From Octopus vulgaris (lineage: Eukaryota): 64,000 nucleotides of DNA. Under the pieces are notes generated by a model. That model was not told the origin of the DNA. It saw nothing but the letters and a program-made list of their open reading frames with translations, and searched no databases. Within the stretch, counting starts at the first letter, position 1; each line of letters opens with the position of its first letter. Of this stretch, positions 55,150 through 64,000 are shown piece by piece. The DNA is taken from contig OX597821.1 of NCBI GenBank assembly GCA_951406725.2, positions 104,470,001-104,534,000 of the forward strand. Reading direction: 5' to 3'. The position numbers and the translations under genes are program-made.

Positions 55150-56122
55150 TGTCCGCTTGTTTGTAGCTGCATGTGTATTGATTGCTAATATGAGTCTAAT
55201 TGAGAATTGCAAGAGTTATGAACAGGTAGAAAATGGAAAGTATGTATGGGAGTGAAAGAAATCATGTGCAAGGAGATTGAAAGAAAAATAAACGATGAAT
55301 AATTGTGATTGAGCTTTGAAAGTTTCAAACTTCGACTTGGACAATTTAGAAGTTGGGAAAGAAATAGATAAGAATCACGAAAGTCATTGGGTATGTGTGA
55401 GAGAAAGAAATACCATGCGAATCAGAGTATTGGAAAGATATTGAAAGAGGGAAAAGTCAGTGTGTAAGAGTGTAAGAGGGGAAAAAAAAAACCGCGAGTA
55501 AAGCAAGTAGTTTGGTGATAAGTTACAATTGTGATATGGAGAAATATACTTAGATAGAAAGAGCGAGAACAAAAAAAGGAGTGAATTGGTGCATTATAAT
55601 GAAAAATGAAAGAAATGTGAGGAGATTTAGGCTGAAATACAAAGCGGATAGATGAAGCGTTGCCACCTAATAAACAGACAGACATGGAAACCAATAGATG
55701 AAGGAAAAGAAAATTGGTATGCAAGCTAGTGAGATAAGTTTAACGATATAAATGAAGAGAGACAGGGAGGAATTTATTGGTTATCGTATTCGCTAATCAT
55801 CTCTCTTGTTCAGTGGAGAGTTAGATATATGATTTTTTTTTCTCCATCCAGAGGGTTGATAAAATGCTACGAGACACAATCGGCTTGATTTAAAACATTG
55901 ATCGCTGTTTTCGTTTTTCTCGTTCTATACTTGCACCCAGCATATAATCGCTTTCTTTTTTTTTTTTTTTGCCTTCTTTCAATCTATTTTATCTCCCATT
56001 CTTTCCTTCTGTCATTTCCCCCTCTTTCTTCTTCTTCTCTCTTTTTCTCACTCCTTATCTCTACATATATACAAAGACGTATATACATACTCACACACAT
56101 ACATACATACATACATAAATAA

Positions 56123-56155
<33 letters not shown>

Positions 56156-56231
56156 CGCTTACACTCAATCTCATATACATGTGCACATGTGTATGTGCAT
56201 GCACAGAAATATATATATATCAATATATCTG

Positions 56232-56278
<47 letters not shown>

Positions 56279-56390
56279 ATATATATACATGTATATATAT
56301 ATATATACATGTATATATAAGTATATGTATATATAAATTTATACGTACAGATATACATACATATGTGTGCTATATATATATGTGTGTGTG

Positions 56391-56430
<40 letters not shown>

Positions 56431-57039
56431 TATACAGTAATATTGCATCAACTTGAAATAACATACTCGATGATGAAACATGAAAATGAAGAAAGAACAG
56501 AAACAAATTTTAAGAGTAAATATAGAGTTTTATTCCGTTAACTGTTTCCGATTTGATTTTAAACATACGCTTAAAAAGTTTGACAAAATCTAACCGTTAA
56601 CGTTCTGTAGATTTATCCCTGACAATGCGTCACTTTACTTTGTAAGTTCAACACCCCTGGGGCGGCCTTCATTTATATGTGGGATGGTAAATGATCTCCC
56701 ATTCATGTATTACATCAACAATGTTACTTCCCAAGAACGGGTGGTCGTTTTCTTTTTCAATAAAATAAATCGATATGAAGACATGTCTGTTGTATGAGCT
56801 GAAGAACAATCGTTAAATCGGTTTGTTGGTTTCGTTTTCAATTTGAAGCAAATGTATTTGAAATATTCACGTATTGACTTACTTTATCGTAAAGTTGATA
56901 CATTATTTAACGATGATTTCCCTGGATCATAGCGACATGTTTGTGTGTATGCGAGAAGAATTTGAGGACGTAGCAAAAATGAAATACATTTTTAAAATTT
57001 GAGAACTTGCTCTCGAAAATATTTCGTACGAGATTAAAC

Positions 57040-57790
57040 AATGTATCAGCCTCGAGCTTCAATGGACGCTTCAAAGCGTCACCAGAGTATTTGATATGAC
57101 TGCACGAAATGGTGCATATTCCTTTTGGACATCACCTGAACAATGACCACTTTCTGTGAAGTTATGGATTTGAGAAGATGATTATTTCAAAAACGTTTGA
57201 AACAGTAGTTCATGGAACCGACGTCTGGCCTGTTCAAAGGTCAGTTTCGTGTTGTATGATTGTAAAGGTTCCCTGGTTTCCATCATTGTGATATGTCAGT
57301 TTGTGAGGTGTGTCATTTTTAAACGCATATCATCTTACACTGTGTACTTCATTCATACAAGTCTGCCTCCAGTTACTCAACACGTACAAAAGCATTGATT
57401 CTAAGATACTGTGGAATGATGTGAATTAGCAAGATATGAATTTCATATCTCAACACTCTTAGAAATGTTTACAGTAACTGGATTTTTCATGTGCATCACT
57501 ACAAGCACTTAGGAAGGATCTATCTATCATCAATTTTTTCTTATCAGAGAAGAATTAAAGCATACCATTTTCTTGAAGACATTTGACACTGACTAAACGG
57601 TTTTCCCGTGTGTTTCGATGCCGGAATCTGCCTCTCGTCAGCGTATAAGATTTATATTGAATATTCGCGAGCACAACAGTTCTAATAGTCTATTTGGCGA
57701 TTGACCTCATTGATCTTTTGGATTGATAATTGGTAATATTTTGAATTCCCTTGGATGAAGTGCGTGTCCTCATTGTGTCAGAACGTTTAC
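57040..57790 (-). pseudogene. maT (DD37D-type) Tc1/mariner transposase relic
   Basis: Ordered minus-strand motifs: RSMRSIAK..TIRTVV..YKSY, FFSDKKK, YAFKNDTPH (cf. FQQDSAPxH), *PLNRPDVGSMNY (cf. WPPNSPDLNPMDY), FEASIEARG*YI. Confidence 0.7.
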
Positions 57791-57796
57791 AATGCA

Positions 57797-58137
57797 TTGG
57801 GTTGTCCGGATTGTTCGTGCCGATTCATAGTAGCTTACCTTTCGACATATTTTAGAACATGGTTGAGTCCATAAAATAGGATTTGACTACACCTCCATTT
57901 CGAACACAGTTTAAGCTATTTATCGTACAAGAAGTTTTATGTTCCTATAAACTGTGTTAAATCTGTAACCCTTTAAACTGGAAGATAAGGAAGTTCATTT
58001 TTGGAACTTGATGCTTTGGGAACCACAAAAAAATTGCTGCAGCTCAGCTGGGATGTGTTACTCCACCCACCATATTCACCGGATATTACTAGTTCGGATT
58101 TCCACCTATTGCGGTCTCTGCAGTATAGCATTAATGG
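57797..58137 (+). mobile_element. 3'-truncated copy of the 6210-6773 deleted mariner
   Basis: Left TIR TTGGGTTGTCCGG..TTCGTGCCG, collinear with 6210-6550 including the same internal deletion. Confidence 0.85.
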
Positions 58138-58193
58138 GGAAATTTCGAACCTGGGTTGTCATTCCTAAGGTATTTTTCGATGTTGTTGTTGTG

Positions 58194-58286
<93 letters not shown>

Positions 58287-58287
58287 A

Positions 58288-59232
58288 TCATTCAGTAGTT
58301 TTATTTTTATAGCGTGCTTTCACTTCACTACCGAGCGCAGCTCTGTGTGCCTTAGGTATGTGCTGTGATACTCTGATGGTTATTGTATGGAAAGTGTTCT
58401 GCGTAGTGTGTGTGCAGTGCCTAGTAGTGCAATTTTCTGTATGTTATATGTGTTTGTAAGTCCTGGTGTTTTTGTTATGTATTTGTCTGAATATTTTTTT
58501 ATCATGCCTAATGCACCTACTATGATAGGAATTGTTTCTGTTTTTAGATTCCACATTCTGGTTACCTCTATTTCCAGGTCTTTGTATTTTGAAAGTTTCT
58601 CCATTTCTTTTAGAGACACGTTGTCATCTGCCGGTATTGATACATCAATTAGAAAGCATTTTTTTCTTCATGATCTCTGACAACTATATCTGGTCTGTTG
58701 GACTTAATTTCTCTATCTGTGTGTATCGGCATATCCCAGAGTATGGTTGCTTTCTCGTTTTCTGTGACCTTTTCTGGTGTGTGCCTATACCATCTTTTCT
58801 TTGCTGTTATTCCATAATGTTGGCATAGCTTCCAGTGTATGTAGGTTCCAACTCTGTCATGTCTGTGAATATATTCCTTCTTAGCTAGGACTGGGCAGCC
58901 AGAGATAATATGATTTATTGTTTCTTGTCCATCTCCACATATTCTGCAGTTACTTGTTATATTTCTCTTCATTACATGTTTTTGGTAATTTCTGGTGGGG
59001 AGGCTTTGGTCTTGTGCTGCAATTAAAAATCCCTCTGTTTCTGCTTTGAGTCCTGAGCTTCTCAACCATTGCTGGGATTTTTGTTTGTCTATTTCTTTTG
59101 CGTTTAGTTTAGTCCAGTATTTACCATGAAGGGGCTTTTCTTGCCATCGTTTTATCATGGTTCGTTGCTGTTCTGTTTTTAGTTTGGATTTCATTTGTTT
59201 TATAGCTTTTGTTGTTTCTTCCTTTTCTTCTT
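58288..59232 (-). mobile_element. 5'-truncated Dong/R4-clade non-LTR retrotransposon (restriction-like endonuclease domain) in (TAA)n
   Basis: ORFs 58649-59194 and 58380-58619: LHGKY, AAQDQ, CRIC..ETINHIISGC (CCHC), RHD, NRPDIVV, KLSKYKDL, PIIVGALG. Flanked by (TTA)n at 58195-58283 and TTA/TTC repeats at 59230-59320. Confidence 0.92.
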
Positions 59233-59272
59233 ATCATTATTTCTTCTTCTTCTTCTTCTTCTTCTTCTTCTT

Positions 59273-59303
<31 letters not shown>

Positions 59304-59320
59304 TTATTATTATTATTATT

Positions 59321-60622
59321 AAGGTCACTATCTCGAATCGAACTCGGAATCTTGGGGTTAGTAGCCCACGCGTTTAACCACTATGCCTTATGCCAGTGGG
59401 CAATTAAGGAGTGCATTTTTAGGGCTTATATATCTAATATTCTCTTATCCCTCCTTAATACCGGTTCCCATATGCAGTTCATATCTGCTCTCGATTTGCT
59501 TGGGACGTTGTTGTGTCCTAGCATATGTGATACTTCTTCTAGTTTTCATAAATCCCAGTGGTTTTCTAGTTCTATTATTTTAGCTTCATGCCACAGGTAG
59601 AGGTGATCTCCCTTTTATCATACAATATCTGATATAAGCGATTATTCAATATTTCCCGGTGTCACAGCTTTGCGATGTTCCTCGACCCTTATTTTGAGGG
59701 AGCGGTATGTTTCGTCTTTGTATAACCTACCACAGCTGCATGGAATGGAGTACACACAGTTCTTGGTCATATTCTCTTCTATTGGTAGTTTTATTCAAAG
59801 GAGATATTTGCGAAGTGTTGTATTATACTTGAATACTGTACTGATGTCATATGGGCCGCATATCTTTTGTATCTTTTCGGAGAGGCCTCTCACATAGGGT
59901 AGACAGACTGTGGACAGTTTATCGCTTTCATCCTCTCTTTTCTTCATAATTAGAGAGGAGAGTATGCTTTTGGGTTAGTTGTTGCTTAACAGATTGTTAC
60001 TGAGCTTGATCATTTCTTCGTGGTGGGTATCACAACCGCTACTTATATTCATTGCTTGCGGTATAGGGATGTCCTGAATTCATACTTGGTGCGCGTTATT
60101 AATACGTCCAGGAACTCTAGCTAATTGTCTTTTTCTTTTTCCATTGTGAACTGTACGAATGGCGTTATTGAGTTCACAAGATCTAGCAGCATTTGAACAT
60201 CATCCTGGTGGGGCCAGAGTATGAAGGTGTCATCAACGTATCGCAGCCATATGGTTGGTTTTAGTAGTAATGATCCTAACGTCAAATTCTCAAAGTATTC
60301 CGTGTATATATTGGCTATCATCAGTGATAATGGTGAAACTATAGCTAAACACTCATCTTGTTGATATATATCAAGGTCTATGCTGAAGTAGATAGTTTCT
60401 ACATAGAAGGTCAACATTTCTATCAAGTTTCTTATTGGTCTGCTATTGCGTTTTTTTAGATGGGTATCGGTAACTAGTTTTTCTTGAATCGCCGATAGTG
60501 CTTCATCAGTTGGCAGTTTGGTGAACAGACTTATCGTTTCTAGACACATCATCTGGTTGAATTCAATGGGGGTAGTCTTGATTCTTGATCAATTCGGTGA
60601 AGTGGGTGAAATTCTTCAAGTA
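59321..60622 (-). mobile_element. 5'-truncated Penelope-like element (RT and GIY-YIG), disrupted
   Basis: ORF 60121-60552: SLFT, SPLS..IAN, WLRYVDDTF, QFTMEKE. Downstream are VCLPYVRGLSEKI and TKNCVYSIPCSCGRLYKDETYRSLKIRVEEH (GIY-YIG). Confidence 0.9.
59323..59387 (-). other. tRNA-like module (A/B boxes) at the PLE 3' end; not a functional tRNA
   Basis: GGCATAGTGGTTAAACGCG-TGGG-CTACTAA-CCCCA-AGATTCCGAGTTCGATTCGAG; anticodon-like ACT; no convincing acceptor stem. Confidence 0.65.
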
Positions 60623-61224
60623 CGAGCCCACGCCCTTCCTCAAAAAGGAACGCAGAAAGAAACAAGGAGAGAAAATAAAAAGAAAAAAAGAATATATATA
60701 TAAAACTATTGCTAAATGTGATCAGGGTGTTAGAAGCATCTACGATACTAGAAATAAGAGCTAAAAAGCTCTAATGGTGTAGTTAGCGCAACTAAATATA
60801 AATATATACATTTACAGGGCCTTAATCGTCCCCAAAATGCCCATCGAGTATAAATACTGACCTCAGTTTTGGCAATTCCCGTTGCACCATCAGTTGAGAC
60901 TGGCTCCAATATAGGCTATTTTCGGATTTGCTTCGTAATTAGTATATAACTGTTCGGCATCAGATTAAATGAATAATTTTACAGCTAACTAACGACGATA
61001 CATGAAAATAATATAAACAACAGTGTGCATATATATATATATATGTATACATGCGAGAGAGAGGGGGGAGAGAGGGAGGGAGAGAGAGAGAATTAAAAAG
61101 TTAGATGGTCATATAGATGAGTACGAAATGAGTGTGATAAGCGAGTGACAGAAACAATAGCCTGAAATTGGCGTGGTCCATTTACCTTTTTCATCACACA
61201 TACACACACTGATAGGTACATGTA

Positions 61225-61262
<38 letters not shown>

Positions 61263-61296
61263 CAGATATTCATATAATCACGCATATGTATATATA

Positions 61297-61332
<36 letters not shown>

Positions 61333-62002
61333 AATGTATATAAGCATATATATGAATATATATGTAATACACACACACATATATATATATATATGTATAT
61401 ATATGCATATATATATATGTATACATATAGAGGAATATATGTATGAGAAAGCATCTATATAATACAATCTCACACAGGCATATATATGTATGTGTGTATG
61501 GGTGTGTGTGTGTGTGTGTGTGTGTGTAAACATACACACATATATCCTTGCATTGACTAATGTCTTCTTTGTAAATGATTTCTAAGTATTTCATCGATAA
61601 TGTGCAGAAACATTTCAAAGGAAATAACAAATAAAATATTTTCTAATTTGGTAAAATACGTTGGAAAATATGGACACCAATAACGGAAAAGAGAACAATC
61701 GACTTCCTTCAATACTTTAAGTGTTATTAACGAGAGTAAACCTATGTGATTCGTAACGATTAAAGACAAATGGTAGGAAGACATCCATAAGCAAATATTT
61801 ATTTGCAGTGAAATGCAGTGTATACAAACATTTACTCAAACGAATTATGTTTGTAAAGTCACGTAAACGAAAACATGACACGTGCAGAAATAATAATGCG
61901 ATAATAAGATATGATGATAATATATTTGTAGGTTGATTTTCGAAAATGAAATCGTCTGTTGCTAATAAACTCACGCACGATTATACACGTATATATATAT
62001 AC

Positions 62003-62039
<37 letters not shown>

Positions 62040-62252
62040 TGTGTGCCTGTCTGTGTGTATGTAGGTGTACGTGTTTGTGGACGTGTATCTTTGTGTTTGC
62101 TTGTAAGCGTGTATCTAAGTATAGGTGTATGTCTATGTCAGTGCATTAATACATCGGACGCTGACACGCGAGAGTAAACGAACTGACACACACACAGACG
62201 GAAACTCACACACTTTGTTTCGTGGCTATGTGCAAATTATTGTATGTGATGA

Positions 62253-62300
<48 letters not shown>

Positions 62301-62305
62301 ATATA

Positions 62306-62338
<33 letters not shown>

Positions 62339-62987
62339 TATACGCATATATGTACAATCATACATACATACATACATACTTACATACATGCACGCATACA
62401 TACATATATATATATATATATATACATACACACACATAAAAACACACAAGTATATATTTATACTTATATACGTATACTTGTATATGTAAACATATATATA
62501 TATATACATATATATATACATATATACATACATACATACGTACATACATACATACATACACATACATACATACATACATACATACATACATACATACATA
62601 AAGGCATCTATACATACATTCGTACATACATACATATGAAGAGGTGCAAGGATGCTCAGAAGCGCACAGAGACGTAACACAAACTCACGCATATATAGAC
62701 ATATACTTATGAGAGTTAAACAATGAATCTTAGTATCAAACAAAACCCAGAACAAAAGAAATATCGTAACGAAAATGATAAATGAAATGAAATAAAAACA
62801 ATCCACGCATCCCCAAAGAAAAGAAGAAGAGAAAAAAAAAAAACAGAATGAAAAACTCACCAGCACATCGATATAATCGAAAATAACAGAAAAATATATG
62901 ATGATTCGTATATAATCTATATTTCCTATTGCACATTTTATTTGGGTTGAAGAAAAAAAAATAATAAAACATATATATATATCAGTA

Positions 62988-63025
<38 letters not shown>

Positions 63026-63042
63026 GTGTGTGTGTGTGTGTT

Positions 63043-63149
<107 letters not shown>

Positions 63150-63278
63150 AACGGAAAAGAACAGCGAAAAAATGAATAACGAAACTAACGAAATAACTAA
63201 TTTTGTATTGCAGACAATTTACAAATAAGTTGGCTTTTGTTACTGCTTCGCCTATTGAATTGTGCTTTTTCCGTGCTT

Positions 63279-63348
<70 letters not shown>

Positions 63349-63364
63349 CATATTCATACATACA

Positions 63365-63403
<39 letters not shown>

Positions 63404-63414
63404 TCATACATACA

Positions 63415-63487
<73 letters not shown>

Positions 63488-63654
63488 TTATCCATTCAAT
63501 TTTCACTTGTTTAGTTGTATAACTCGATAAGCCAATACGACTTGGTTGGCAATAGACAAATATTTATATGTATGTGTGGCAGTGCATGTGTGTTGTTGTA
63601 TGTGCATGAGTGTACGCGTATATGTGTGTTTGTGTGTGTGTTTATGTATATAAA

Positions 63655-63709
<55 letters not shown>

Positions 63710-63741
63710 CATATATATATATATACCACATATATATTCTG

Positions 63742-63819
<78 letters not shown>

Positions 63820-63821
<2 letters not shown>

Positions 63822-64000
63822 GGTGTCGCCCCTGTCAGCAGCTGACTGGATACTCTGACATATTTCCTGTCAATACCTATTAGCACAGCGTCTGGCTGTC
63901 AGTTGGGTTTTATTTCTTGCCTTTCTGAATTCTGCACGCTTTGCTTCGATAACTGGCTCCAGCTCTGAGAGCCCAGCATTGAACCGATCTGGGTTTTGCC
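63820..64000 (-). mobile_element. RTE-type LINE ORF2 fragment (EN-RT linker), runs off the window
   Basis: [57 protein letters not shown]. Confidence 0.7.

Noticed and set aside
59323-59387. Functional tRNA-Ser(ACT) gene
   Set aside because: No convincing acceptor stem, no long variable arm, atypical anticodon, and embedded in a retroelement.
60870-60970. Minus-strand HHR-like CTGATGC...CCGAAAATAGCCTATA
   Set aside because: Core and stem II are too degenerate to support, although the tail resembles the cassette family.

Overview
AT-rich eukaryotic DNA saturated with microsatellites. The SINE families, the (TA)n/(CA)n load and the retroelement mix resemble an octopus or other coleoid cephalopod genome; this is recalled similarity, not a search result. 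I found no intact host protein-coding gene, rRNA, genuine tRNA gene or CRISPR array, so the window reads as intergenic or deep intronic. Nearly all six-frame ORFs are microsatellite artefacts. Real content: (1) decayed LINEs: Tx1/L1-clade (1-2335 +, 39040-39735 -), a Dong/R4-clade RLE fragment inserted in (TAA)n, and CR1 and RTE remnants; (2) a Penelope-like element (PLE) with RT and GIY-YIG remnants; (3) DNA transposon relics: mariner, maT, probable Merlin, piggyBac and Tc1; (4) three tRNA-derived SINE families; (5) a 200-bp x4 array, a ~140-bp x13 SINE-derived array and a 384-bp duplication. The most interesting signals are two. First, about a dozen type I hammerhead ribozyme (HHR) motifs, intact to decayed, lie in short non-coding PLE-like cassettes that mostly end in (TA)n. 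One is a 600-bp near-perfect palindrome with one HHR on each strand, and two cassette remnants are flanked by unusually long direct duplications. Second, a MetaSINE shares its 3' tail with the Tx1-type LINE in this same window and recurs as a fixed-junction dimer. All alignments and folds were done by eye.
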